Shown one piece after another: positions 28,953 through 38,744 of a stretch of 64,000 nt of DNA. The DNA comes from Candidatus Heimdallarchaeota archaeon (GTDB lineage: Archaea > Asgardarchaeota > Heimdallarchaeia > JABLTI01). The translations under genes and the position numbers were made by a program. The notes below the pieces were generated by a model, which was given only the letters and a program-made list of their open reading frames with translations, was not told where the DNA came from and ran no database searches. The DNA lies in the NCBI GenBank assembly GCA_018238155.1, contig JABCTZ010000032.1, positions 288,001-352,000 of the forward strand, read 5' to 3'. The stretch's first letter is position 1; the number at the start of each line of letters is the position of its first letter.

Positions 28953-30225
28953 CATGAATAATGGATATGAAGATAATTCTTCCTTTGTTGACCTATTAGG
29001 GTCACTCAGAGTTTTTGCTCATGATATTAGTACAGTGCCCAATTTCAAAGATATCGCTTATCGTGTGACAGGTTTAGATAAATATGATCGTGTCCTTTCA
29101 ATTGCAAAACCACATGATATTATCTTTCTAAAAGCACATCCTGATAGAAATTATTTGCGTTGGTTGAAAGAAGTTGGTTTGGGATCCAGAAAAGTCATAG
29201 TACTAAATGGTAATTCTGAGGAATCATTATATGAGCGAATTTTGAGACGAATTCCAAAAGAAGATGTAAAGCAGCTATTTGGTTCTATACAGCAACAGAA
29301 GCAAATGTTTTTCAGCCCCTTTTATGCTGGGGCTTTGGAAAAACAAGCAAGTGAATATCTTGGTTTGGTCATGTATTCAAATTCTTCCATTGCAAATAAG
29401 CTCAACAGCAAAGTTGCTTTTAAAGAACTTTGCCAAAATGTAGGTGTACCTGTTATTAAAGGAGCTATTTTTGTTTTCAAGCAAGGAATACAGATGCTCT
29501 TGGATTTGGTTGAAGAACAATTGCTCAAAACAGGTAAAGTTATTATCAGAGGAGAGGTTGGTGCTTCAGCATCTAGTACCTATATCCTTAACCACTTAAA
29601 CAAAAGTGAACTTTCAAAATTAATGAAAAAAAGTAAACCTGGTGATCGTTTTCTTATTGAACCATTCCTTGAGGTCAAATCTTCACCCTCTTCCACCTGG
29701 TTTATCACTTTTGATAAGAGGATTTGTCATCTTAAGACTTCTAGACAAATCTTGGATGAGGATACATCACATCGCGGTAATGAGTTTCCAGTTAAATTCA
29801 ACAAAGATTTGGTGAAAGAATATTCCTATATGATTGCTTTACATCTTGTTGAGCAAGGATTTGTTGGACCATTTGGTCTTGATTTCATAGAAACTAAAGA
29901 AGGTCTTTTTGTTGTAGAATGCAACCCTCGAGTAACAGGTGCAATGTATCCTTGGGAGCTTGTTCACCAACTTGAGAAATTTGAACCTATTCGAGCCGCT
30001 CGAGCAGAAAACATTGTCTTACACAAGAAAGGAATACGATTTAGTGATCTACTAGAATCCTGTGAAGAAGTTCTTTATGATGGAACCGCTTCAGAAGGAA
30101 TTGTTATTCCATATAATATTGGTCCTTTGGTGGATGGTAAACTAACGGTATTAGTTACAGGGTCCTCTCCAAAGGAAGTTCAATCTTTATTTGATTATAT
30201 TAAGACTCGTTTAGAGAAGCTCTGA
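28939..30225 (+). CDS. PGM1-family ATP-grasp peptide/amide ligase
   Basis: preATP-grasp-like N-domain (RVL..HPD..YL..VGLG..SL), LNSK..F..GVP, GFVGPFGLDF, ECNPRVTG, PGM1_C-like VIPYNIG..GK; alternative ATG at 28954. Confidence 0.75.
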   Translation: MRVFSMNNGYEDNSSFVDLLGSLRVFAHDISTVPNFKDIAYRVTGLDKYDRVLSIAKPHDIIFLKAHPDRNYLRWLKEVGLGSRKVIVLNGNSEESLYERILRRIPKEDVKQLFGSIQQQKQMFFSPFYAGALEKQASEYLGLVMYSNSSIANKLNSKVAFKELCQNVGVPVIKGAIFVFKQGIQMLLDLVEEQLLKTGKVIIRGEVGASASSTYILNHLNKSELSKLMKKSKPGDRFLIEPFLEVKSSPSSTWFITFDKRICHLKTSRQILDEDTSHRGNEFPVKFNKDLVKEYSYMIALHLVEQGFVGPFGLDFIETKEGLFVVECNPRVTGAMYPWELVHQLEKFEPIRAARAENIVLHKKGIRFSDLLESCEEVLYDGTASEGIVIPYNIGPLVDGKLTVLVTGSSPKEVQSLFDYIKTRLEKL

Positions 30226-30407
30226 AGAATATGCAACATATCTTCTGCTCTCTCTTTTTCTTTGGAATTGAATTTTGACATTCAAGATACTAATTTGTAT
30301 CTTTGGTTCAGGTGCTGATACAATTCTGGCTATAGTATCCATTGCTTCATTTTACTTAACTGAAAGAAAGAAAAAAAAATGAATTAAGAGAGAATAACAA
30401 ACAATGA

Positions 30408-31034
30408 TTATTTGTTCTTTAAGATCTCCTTAATTTCTCTAAGCTCGCTAAGAATAGCGTTGTTAATATCTGCAGGTTCTTTAAAAGGAAGATCTTCTTC
30501 TTCAAGACTAGCAAGGGGTGTCATAGGTCTCAATTGTTTTATTTTCTGATTGAGTTTTTCGTAGATTTCCTGATATTGAATTAATCCATCGATTTTTTCT
30601 TCAGGTCCTTGCTTAGTACTAAAGCCGGCAGTATGTATTTGTATTCTGCCTATTCCAATAATCCTATCAAATGGTCCTCTTATAACTGCAATATTGGTAA
30701 TCGCTCTTAATGGTACAACTTTCATTATTTTCTGAATAAATCCCCTATAAACAATCATTTCCTTATCTGTCAATACATAATGAATTGAACGATAGTAGAA
30801 AGGAAAAATGATAAATGAACATCCTAATCCTGTGACGGATATCCCACTAGTAACATATACGATTATCCGTAATTGCAGACTGTCTTCGACAATAAACATC
30901 AGCACAAAAAACGTTGCTGAAAAAATTATTATTGCCAAGAAAACAATTATTGAGCTTACATAATATTTGGTCAATAGTTTTTTATTTGGTTTAAATTCAA
31001 AGTTTTTTTCTTTAGACAGATTCCCACACCTCAA
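30408..31034 (-). CDS. bPH_2 (YdbS-like) membrane protein
   Basis: Two TMs then Y.LT..RGF..VP..ITNI..RGPFDRI.GIG.I.IHTAG..IDGL; true start may be CTG at 31019. Confidence 0.88.
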   Translation of the reverse strand: MRCGNLSKEKNFEFKPNKKLLTKYYVSSIIVFLAIIIFSATFFVLMFIVEDSLQLRIIVYVTSGISVTGLGCSFIIFPFYYRSIHYVLTDKEMIVYRGFIQKIMKVVPLRAITNIAVIRGPFDRIIGIGRIQIHTAGFSTKQGPEEKIDGLIQYQEIYEKLNQKIKQLRPMTPLASLEEEDLPFKEPADINNAILSELREIKEILKNK

Positions 31035-31725
31035 AGATTGTCTGAAGTTTATTCAGACAAATACCAAAGGATTTTTTACAAAGATTTTTCTAGAAGTAAT
31101 CATAAAACTCTAGATTTGCCTTCAAAATATAACTCTTATAATTAATTGAAATTGGACTGATTTTGCTTTTAAACCTTCGGAAATTAAATGCTGTGTTAGC
31201 ACTTTTTTTGAATTTAATTAACAATAAATAGACGAAAAGTGCATCTCAAGGCATATTTCATTAATTTCCTTAGAAAGAATTTTTAAGTTATTTAATGATT
31301 AGAAAGATTATCAAAAATATTTATGGCACTATTTCGTTAACGCTTGAAAAGTCATTACATAATTTTTGGTGTCAGAAATAGTATTTATACTTCATTTTAA
31401 AAAAATAATGAAAAAAACATTATTCAGCAAACAATCTTCTCTCATGAAACTAATCTAAAAGAGGAATTGATCTTTGAACAGTCACTTCATCTATAAAATT
31501 GCAATTGTAACTTGTCAAGATTATTTGTGGAGTCAAGGGTTAAATAGCATTGGATCCGTGCGTCAATTGAAAAAATCTTGCATAGTAATTCTCCTATCAT
31601 CTTGTTCTTTCTATAATTATTAAATACTCCTTTGTTTACTCGTACGGAAGATTAATTATTCAACGATTCTTTTAAACAAAGAATAATACTTTCAGCTGAC
31701 TCTTTATAAAAACTAAATAAATCTA

Positions 31726-33255
31726 ATGACAATTATATTTTACCGAAGAAAAATGCTCTCAAAAGAACATCGACTCACAAGGAAAGCTTACAAAACACTG
31801 ATAGCTGATCTGCCAGATGATGAATTAGAGAAAGCACTAGAACAAGTAAGGCAAGTAACAAAACCAACCAAGAAAAAACCACTTCAATTAACCGCTAAAG
31901 TAAAGATTGAAGTAACAAAGGAGCAAGAAAAAATACTTTGGATACTAGCTGAAAATTGTCGATTAATTCATTACTTTGCAAATAAAGAGCGAAAAGAGTG
32001 GTGGGATAAAAACAAACATTTACCAAAGAAGAAAAGGGACAAGAAGTCAAAACCAACTTACAACAAACAATCAGCACAATTGCCAAAATTAAAAGAACAG
32101 TACCCTCGCTACAAGCAAAATCATTCCAAAACATTGCAAGGCATACTCAAACAGTTAGAAGCAGAATATAAATCATTTTACGCTTTAAGAGATAACGGAG
32201 ATTTGGATGCTAAACCACCAAGATACAAAGGAAAAAAATATTTTACCACCATGCATTACAATCAAAAAGGATTCAAGATTATAGGGAATAAGATAACCTT
32301 GACTCATTTTTATCCTACAAAAAAAGCAGAAAAAGTTGATTTAGCTTTTGAAATACAAGGAAAATTCACCTTCACCGGAAAAAAAGTCAAGCAAGTGACC
32401 ATTTACCAAAAGCAAAAAACAAAGGAGTACTACCTTTCAATAATTTACGAGGAAAACACCCTAGAGTATTACGACAACGGTATTTACCAGACTTTAGATT
32501 TGGGTGTGATCAACCTTGTTGCGGCAACGAATAGCCATGCAGGAAAATCTTTTATTATCAAAAATAAGCGCGTGGACAAATATTGGCAACGAAAAATAGA
32601 AGAATTGCAAAGCAAAAGAGATCATTGCAAAAAATACTACACCAAATGGCACTGGTACAATAATAAAATGTGGAAAATGATACGAAAACAAGCAAACCAG
32701 TTTAAGGATTACCAACATAAAATAAGCAAGAAAGTCGTTGAGAACACCAGAGCAAACACTATCATTATCGGTGATTTGAATGTTAAAGCAATGAGTAAAA
32801 GCAAAAAAAGAGATAAAAAGAACGATAAGAGCAAACATAGAACCATGCAAAGTACTGGTTCCCTTGGTCGTTTCGCTCGATTCTTAACCTACAAGGCACA
32901 GAAGGTAGGTAAAAAAGTAATAAGGATCAGTGAACGAGATACAACCAAACTATGCACCTACTGTATGACAAAGGAGAACAGAGCGCTCTCTGAACGAACT
33001 ATTAGTTGTGATTGTGGGCTAGTAATAGATCGAGACACAAGCAGTTCAGGAACACAAATGCAGCGCTTCCTCGCTTTGCTAGCACTATCACAGAAACGCC
33101 TTGTGGTCAGGCAACGATTCGTGAAAGATCTTCGGGTCTTTCGCGGAAAGTTTTTTGCGACACACAGCCAAACGTCAAACGAAAGTTCCTCCTTTACCGG
33201 AGTTGGGCGGACTCGCAGCGAATCAAACGTTAACAAAACATTCTTTAGAAGTTAG
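31726..33255 (+). CDS. tnpB: RNA-guided endonuclease TnpB (IS200/IS605 family, solo)
   Basis: YNKQSAQLPKLK, KPPRYK, RuvC-I LDLG, IIIGDL, FLTYKA, ERDTTKLCTYC..CDCG zinc finger, DRD; likely start at 31753. Confidence 0.93.
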   Translation: MTIIFYRRKMLSKEHRLTRKAYKTLIADLPDDELEKALEQVRQVTKPTKKKPLQLTAKVKIEVTKEQEKILWILAENCRLIHYFANKERKEWWDKNKHLPKKKRDKKSKPTYNKQSAQLPKLKEQYPRYKQNHSKTLQGILKQLEAEYKSFYALRDNGDLDAKPPRYKGKKYFTTMHYNQKGFKIIGNKITLTHFYPTKKAEKVDLAFEIQGKFTFTGKKVKQVTIYQKQKTKEYYLSIIYEENTLEYYDNGIYQTLDLGVINLVAATNSHAGKSFIIKNKRVDKYWQRKIEELQSKRDHCKKYYTKWHWYNNKMWKMIRKQANQFKDYQHKISKKVVENTRANTIIIGDLNVKAMSKSKKRDKKNDKSKHRTMQSTGSLGRFARFLTYKAQKVGKKVIRISERDTTKLCTYCMTKENRALSERTISCDCGLVIDRDTSSSGTQMQRFLALLALSQKRLVVRQRFVKDLRVFRGKFFATHSQTSNESSSFTGVGRTRSESNVNKTFFRS

Positions 33256-33260
33256 TTAAC
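33080..33260 (+). ncRNA. Putative TnpB omega/reRNA scaffold overlapping the tnpB 3' end (boundaries approximate)
   Basis: 11-bp hairpin with C-TTCG-G loop (33120-33145), further hairpins at 33098-33112 and 33189-33202, GGCGGACTCGCAG motif, TAGTTAAC end. Confidence 0.6.
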
Positions 33261-33335
33261 TAAGATAGACCATGACTACTTAACATAAATATTGATACAA
33301 TTGGTCATGAAATTGATATTTTGGAGGAACTCTAA

Positions 33336-33794
33336 ATGTCCAAAGACGAGAAACCAGAAGCAAAGAAGTCTGAGAAAAAAACTAAAGATACAAAAGCAAC
33401 GAAAGAAAAATCTACTAAATTAAAGATTAAAAGGAAATCTACCAAAGCTAAGGAAGAGAAACCAAAGTCTACCAAAGCTAAAGAAGAGAAACCAATACCG
33501 GCGACCAAACCACAAACCAAACCCAAGAACACTATTTTCGTTGGGAATAAACCTGCGATGATATACGTCTTAGCTGTAATGACGTGTTTCAATGAAAATG
33601 ACGCTTCAGAAGTTAGAATCTGTGCTCGAGGTCGAGCAATCAGTAGCGCTGTTGATGTTGCAGAATTGACTAGAAATAAGTTAATGCCCGATCTTAAAGT
33701 GAAAAGCATTATAACAAGCACAGAACAAGTCCAACGCCGCGAAGGTGGTGGAATGGCAAACGTTTCTGCGATTGAGATTATTCTAGCAAAGTGA
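33336..33794 (+). CDS. albA: DNA/RNA-binding protein Alba with Lys-rich N-terminal extension
   Basis: IFVGNKPAMIYVLA, ARGRAISSAVDVAE, NVSAIEIIL. Confidence 0.93.
   Translation: MSKDEKPEAKKSEKKTKDTKATKEKSTKLKIKRKSTKAKEEKPKSTKAKEEKPIPATKPQTKPKNTIFVGNKPAMIYVLAVMTCFNENDASEVRICARGRAISSAVDVAELTRNKLMPDLKVKSIITSTEQVQRREGGGMANVSAIEIILAK
33435..33494 (+). repeat. 30-bp tandem duplication encoding KSTKAKEEKP x2
   Basis: AAATCTACCAAAGCTAAGGAAGAGAAACCA / AAGTCTACCAAAGCTAAAGAAGAGAAACCA. Confidence 0.95.
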
Positions 33795-33938
33795 ATGATC
33801 ACTTTTCTTTTTTTATTAGTTCTTCTTTTTGTTTTTCTTGAGAGTGCTCTGAACAATCGGAGGATTTAATAAGTAAAAAAATTCTAGAATGTGTGTTCAT
33901 AAACAACATTCAATAGGAATTTGTTGGTGCTCTTTATA

Positions 33939-34472
33939 ATGAAAACAGCGATTTGTACTTTTTGTGCTCAAACGGGAATGCTTTGCAAAGATTGTCAAAC
34001 GAAAGTAAATAATGGAGAGGTTTCTCCAAGCGAAATTGAAATATCAATAATCGCTTCTGAGTTTGAAAAAATTCATCCCCATTCATCCAAAGTAAATATT
34101 ATTAAAACTATTGAACAACCAACTTTTATTATTTTATTAGTTGCACCTGGTGATATTAGATTTCTTACAGGTGGTTCTTTAGATTTTGATAAACAAATTG
34201 AACAGAAGTTGAATAAATCAGTAAAGATTATGGAAAAAGGAAAGAATAAAAGAAAAATAATCGATGAGATCTTCGCTCCTGCTATGATTACAGGGATAAA
34301 CACTCTTTTTGTACCTATTCGTAATGTGAAACCAGGACAACCTTCTATAGAAGAAGAGATGGTTGTCCTTATCTCTGCTGCTGATAAGGAAAACCTTCCA
34401 GGTACATTGAAGGAACTAAAAGAGCTAGTAAAACTTCTGACCGGAGATGAAATAAGAACGGAATTTCGTTAG
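33939..34472 (+). CDS. Archaeal NusA-like KH protein with N-terminal Zn-binding motif
   Basis: MKTAICTFCAQTGMLCKDC, IFAPA.I.GIN. Confidence 0.75.
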   Translation: MKTAICTFCAQTGMLCKDCQTKVNNGEVSPSEIEISIIASEFEKIHPHSSKVNIIKTIEQPTFIILLVAPGDIRFLTGGSLDFDKQIEQKLNKSVKIMEKGKNKRKIIDEIFAPAMITGINTLFVPIRNVKPGQPSIEEEMVVLISAADKENLPGTLKELKELVKLLTGDEIRTEFR

Positions 34473-34505
34473 AAAGTCTTTGTTGAAAACACTGTCTGTT
34501 TTCTC

Positions 34506-35774
34506 CTAGTAGTAGATAGGTGAAACTTTCATAAATTCTCTTAAAATAACTGTTGCATATGATCCTCGTTTTAATGAGAATTCTTGGTTAACAAATTTAT
34601 CATCTTCATTTTCAGCGAAATTTACAGCCCAATTTTCAGGATGAATATTTATGCGCCTATTTGTGCCGCCAAATTTCATATTCGGAATATGTGGTAATTT
34701 AAAATGTTCAAGAGTGATTCCATCTTTCTCTAAGAGATCTTCTAGAAAATCACTTAAACGGTTGTCGGTAAAATCAGTTTCATACCCGATTATTGGTTGA
34801 ACTACACCATTTTCAGTATAAATATCATCTTTTTTAGGGCGAACATTACCATCAATTTTCATCCTTTCTGATAACATTGAATTCCAAATAAATGATTGAT
34901 AAGCATGTATGAACATTCTTCGAAGGTTTTTGGGAAGAATGTTAAAAGCACCTTGATAATTATTTGGATACTTCATTAGATGACGCAGAATATTCTTTTC
35001 AAACATCATCTCAGGAGGGAATTCTTTCAAACAAGTAGGATAGTCATTTGTCTCGAGTAATTTTCTTCTTGTGCTAGTAGTTTTTTCATGCTCATTTTCA
35101 GAAATATCTGTGAGATACATCCAAATTGCTTCTTTGACATTTCCTAATAATATTTCTCGTCCAACTTTATGAGAAACGGGTCTTCTCGAACCAAACCGCT
35201 GATGTCCAAAATAATTAGCTACTCCACCAAACTCCTTAATTTCTTCAGTAATTGCAGTAATTCTTCTCTGAATTTCCTCAAATTCATGTGGACATTTTCG
35301 AATAGTTATTGTAAAATGATTGCCAATGAGATTCCCTAAATAGGTTTTATAAATTGTTGTTCTTGGAGAACGAATCGTTATTCCTCTTAACTCTAATTTT
35401 AATAACTTTTCACCTGGGACTTTCCAGATTGTTGCATGTTGAGCAGTATGAGCCATTTTGTCTTTTGTACCTGCAACATTGATATCTTCTTTCTGTACGC
35501 CTAATGCTTTACAGATATTGTGTAGTGTTCTGTGGCTTTCAATATCCTTTTTTATTAAAATAAATTCGGTAAATAATCCCGGTTCATTTTCACCTAAACT
35601 AAAATTCTCGTCATCCAGTTTTATAATTCTCCCATCTGGTAAAATTTCCTCTACTTTGAAATCTTTAGGGAAAAAACGTATTTTTCCACCAATTCCATCA
35701 GTCAGAGAGCTGAAATATTTAATTCCCATTATCTGTTCTATCGGATGGCTTTCACGTAATTTGGGTGTATTCAT
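34506..35774 (-). CDS. truD: tRNA pseudouridine(13) synthase TruD/Pus7
   Basis: DFKVEE, AGTKDKMAHTAQ, GNHFTITIR, NYFGHQRFG, HAYQS, GSYATVILRE. Confidence 0.96.
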   Translation of the reverse strand: MNTPKLRESHPIEQIMGIKYFSSLTDGIGGKIRFFPKDFKVEEILPDGRIIKLDDENFSLGENEPGLFTEFILIKKDIESHRTLHNICKALGVQKEDINVAGTKDKMAHTAQHATIWKVPGEKLLKLELRGITIRSPRTTIYKTYLGNLIGNHFTITIRKCPHEFEEIQRRITAITEEIKEFGGVANYFGHQRFGSRRPVSHKVGREILLGNVKEAIWMYLTDISENEHEKTTSTRRKLLETNDYPTCLKEFPPEMMFEKNILRHLMKYPNNYQGAFNILPKNLRRMFIHAYQSFIWNSMLSERMKIDGNVRPKKDDIYTENGVVQPIIGYETDFTDNRLSDFLEDLLEKDGITLEHFKLPHIPNMKFGGTNRRINIHPENWAVNFAENEDDKFVNQEFSLKRGSYATVILREFMKVSPIYY

Positions 35775-35799
35775 CTGAAATCCTCTTCCGTTTGTTTTT

Positions 35800-36168
35800 C
35801 TACAATAACTTCAAGTTAGCAGTAATATGATCAATATTGTTATTTGGTGCTGGTCCTATTGCAACAGCTGTGGGTGTTCCAGGAGGAAGCTCAGTCATTC
35901 CGGCATCATTGATGAAGGCGCAAGGTAAGTTTTTTTTGCGAGCCTTTTGAAAAACCAATTCTAGCTCATCCTTTGAAGATACTTGAACAACAACTTTCTT
36001 TTGTCCTTCATAGAACCAAGTTTTCAACCAATTCTGTTTGTTTCTCTTCGCTTCTTCTACACAGATAACTGCTGCATGACTTGCCTGAGCAGCAATTTTT
36101 CCTTTGGTCATTTTTAAATCAGTTCTGATAATAATTACCATTTTATATTGAAAGTTGATACCGTTCAT
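35800..36168 (-). CDS. pth2: Peptidyl-tRNA hydrolase Pth2
   Basis: KMVIIIRTDLKMTKGKIAAQASHA, GQKKVV, DAGMTE, IGPAP. Confidence 0.96.
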   Translation of the reverse strand: MNGINFQYKMVIIIRTDLKMTKGKIAAQASHAAVICVEEAKRNKQNWLKTWFYEGQKKVVVQVSSKDELELVFQKARKKNLPCAFINDAGMTELPPGTPTAVAIGPAPNNNIDHITANLKLL

Positions 36169-36324
36169 TATATTTCATCCGTAATTTTAGAAAATCATTA
36201 ATAATTTATTACTCTTTTCAATGTTTAAGTCTATACTTGATTTAAGTATCTCGCTAAACGAACTAGAAAAATAACTGATGTACCAAATTTCTTTTAACAA
36301 AGCAAGTGAATTTACGTTCAGAAG

Positions 36325-37569
36325 ATGAGGAGAAAGCTCTCATTGGAAACAGATGTTGCAATTGTTGGTGCAGGACCAATAGGAACTTTAGCTGCGATTC
36401 AAGCACGTAGAAATGAAACCGAAGTAATTGTACTTGAACAAAGAGCGAAAATTGGTTTTCCTGATCACTGTGCGGGACTGATAAGCAAAACTGGCTTGAA
36501 AAAAATCGGTTTAGATTCATTACCAAAATCAATAATTCAAAGTGAGAAAATAATTGGAGCGAAATTTTATTCTCCAGATGGTACAAACTTCAAAGTAACA
36601 AGAAATAAAACACAAGCATTAGTTGTGGATAGAACACTATTTGACCAATATTTAGCTAATAAAGCTGAAAGCTGTGGAGTAACAATTTTCAGAAATTCCA
36701 AAGTAATTGATCTTCAATACAAAAATGATATCAAAAAAACAACCTTGAAAATTAAGGATAAATTACATCCATCTTCTCCTCTAAAATCATTGACTGCCCC
36801 AATAACAATCATTTCAGAGGGAAGAACTGGAAGACTAGCTAAAAGCATTGGATTTAATTCACCAAAGAAAAAACATCGATTATCAGGAATTCAGTATTTA
36901 ATTGAAAATGTATCTGAACTTGATACTCAATTTGTAGAGATGTATTTTAGTAATTTTATCTCCTCTGGATTCTTTACTTGGATAATTCCTATTTCAGAAA
37001 ATACTGCCAAAGTTGGTTTAGCAACTAGTGATAAGGATGCTGTTTTTAGACTCAATTATTTCCTGAAGAAATACACAATCGTAAAACACAGATTTCAAAA
37101 AGCAAAGATTATCAAAAGATACGGTGGTGAAGTGATTGTAAATGGTTTAATGAAGAACACTTCAACAGATGGGATAATGGTTGCTGGGGATGCAGCAGGA
37201 CAAACAAAAGCAACAACAGGCGGAGGGGTCATTACAGGTGGATTAGCAGGGATAATTGCTGGACAAGTTGCTTCATTAGCTATTCAAGAGAAAAATAATT
37301 GTAGTAAATTTTTGAATAAATATGATACGCAGTGGAAAGCTATTCTAAGAAATCAATTAAAAGCAATGTCTCTTTTCAGATGGTTGTTAAATAGATTGAC
37401 TGATGAAGCATTTAATAGAGCTTTTAAAACTGCAGTAGAAAATGACTTGGGAAAATTGATAGAAAAGAAAGGAGACATCGATAGTCAAGCTGAAATAATT
37501 TTATCTTTGCTTAAAGAACCCGCTGTGATTAAATTAGCTCTTAAATTGCTTCCAATGATACAATTTTGA
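36325..37569 (+). CDS. Geranylgeranyl reductase family flavoprotein
   Basis: VGAGPIG, PDHCAG, DRTLFD, WIIP, GDAAGQTKATTGGG. Confidence 0.9.
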   Translation: MRRKLSLETDVAIVGAGPIGTLAAIQARRNETEVIVLEQRAKIGFPDHCAGLISKTGLKKIGLDSLPKSIIQSEKIIGAKFYSPDGTNFKVTRNKTQALVVDRTLFDQYLANKAESCGVTIFRNSKVIDLQYKNDIKKTTLKIKDKLHPSSPLKSLTAPITIISEGRTGRLAKSIGFNSPKKKHRLSGIQYLIENVSELDTQFVEMYFSNFISSGFFTWIIPISENTAKVGLATSDKDAVFRLNYFLKKYTIVKHRFQKAKIIKRYGGEVIVNGLMKNTSTDGIMVAGDAAGQTKATTGGGVITGGLAGIIAGQVASLAIQEKNNCSKFLNKYDTQWKAILRNQLKAMSLFRWLLNRLTDEAFNRAFKTAVENDLGKLIEKKGDIDSQAEIILSLLKEPAVIKLALKLLPMIQF

Positions 37570-37628
37570 AAAAGGGTGATTTCTTCTCGAGAGGAATTTA
37601 TCTCTCTAGAGAAGATTATTCAAGTAGA

Positions 37629-38648
37629 CTATTCTTTCCATATTTTTGCAGTGTTACAAGGAACTGATAAATCTATCATTGTTAGTAAACCAGCTTTTGC
37701 TTTTACTATTTTGGGGATTAAATTGACAACCATTGATGCAGTTCCAACATCACCATGTACTCCACCTTTGATGATTTGCTTAATGTTTGGGATTCCGATG
37801 ATTTCTACACTATCAAACTCTTCATGATCACCAGAGTATGCAATGAAATCAAGTACCAAAATTTCTTTTCCTTCTTTTTTAGCTATACCTTTACTGTGTA
37901 AACCACAAACATGTCCTTTTGGAACTTCAATATTATCATAGAAAAATGCTTTTTCAGCAATCTTTGCTATAGGTGGTAATTCAATGAATTCATCAAGTTC
38001 GAGTCCCAAAGCGGCATTAATCATTTGCATTGATTCTTCAAGACCAACGTGACCTGTGATTTTCTTTTCAGCGATTTTTTTCTCGAACTTTTCTTTATTT
38101 AACCCGGTACCTATTTTTATTTGGAATGGTATTCTTCTTTTGCTTGAATTCATCATTCGTGTAATGGTTATTTTTTCTACTACCTCGCAAGGTGCAGTTA
38201 GCATAATGGGTAAAAGTTCCATCAAGTAACCAGGATTGATGCCAGTGCCAACAACAGTTGCATTTTGCTTCTTAGCTGCTGCATCAACTTTTTTCGAAAG
38301 TTCAGGATGAAAAGCATAAGGATAAGCTAGTTGTTCACAAAGTGAAATGACATTTACACCCATGCCTACAACTTCAAGTATCATTGGAGTAATTTTTTCT
38401 AAGAATGAAGACGTAGCAATAATTACTACATCAATATCCTTGGTTAGAACTCGCTCAAGATCTGAAGTGATGACAAGATCAGAATCTATTTCTATACTTA
38501 AAATGTCAGTAATTTTCTTTTCTTGGAATTCTTTAGCTATATCAATAACTCCAACTAAATCAATGTTTTTTCGTTTTAAGAGTAGTTTTGTAACTATTTG
38601 ACCCATGGGTCCAAAACCGACTTGAATTACTTTGAAAGGTTTTCCCAA
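37629..38648 (-). CDS. NAD(P)-dependent amine dehydrogenase (2,4-diaminopentanoate dehydrogenase/DapB-like)
   Basis: VGFGPMG, GTGINPGYLM, GHVGLEES, GGVHGDVGTA. Confidence 0.8.
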   Translation of the reverse strand: MGKPFKVIQVGFGPMGQIVTKLLLKRKNIDLVGVIDIAKEFQEKKITDILSIEIDSDLVITSDLERVLTKDIDVVIIATSSFLEKITPMILEVVGMGVNVISLCEQLAYPYAFHPELSKKVDAAAKKQNATVVGTGINPGYLMELLPIMLTAPCEVVEKITITRMMNSSKRRIPFQIKIGTGLNKEKFEKKIAEKKITGHVGLEESMQMINAALGLELDEFIELPPIAKIAEKAFFYDNIEVPKGHVCGLHSKGIAKKEGKEILVLDFIAYSGDHEEFDSVEIIGIPNIKQIIKGGVHGDVGTASMVVNLIPKIVKAKAGLLTMIDLSVPCNTAKIWKE

Positions 38649-38744
38649 CGATAATCAGCTCATCTTAAATTTAACTAAAACTAGTTTGTAAAGTTAGGTT
38701 ATTATTTTTTCTACTGTTATTCGAATGTCACTAGAATGAAAAAA

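Noticed and set aside
30226-30407. Short minus-strand ORF fragments after the ATP-grasp gene
   Set aside because: Under 40 aa, on the opposite strand and with no motif; cannot be supported as a precursor peptide or pseudogene.
31035-31725. Long intergenic region as tnpA remnant or IS left end
   Set aside because: No HUH/Y1 or serine-recombinase fragment and no convincing left-end hairpin found by eye.
33332-33856. 174-aa antisense ORF with repeated FSSLALVDF
   Set aside because: Shadow of the repetitive Lys-rich alba gene.
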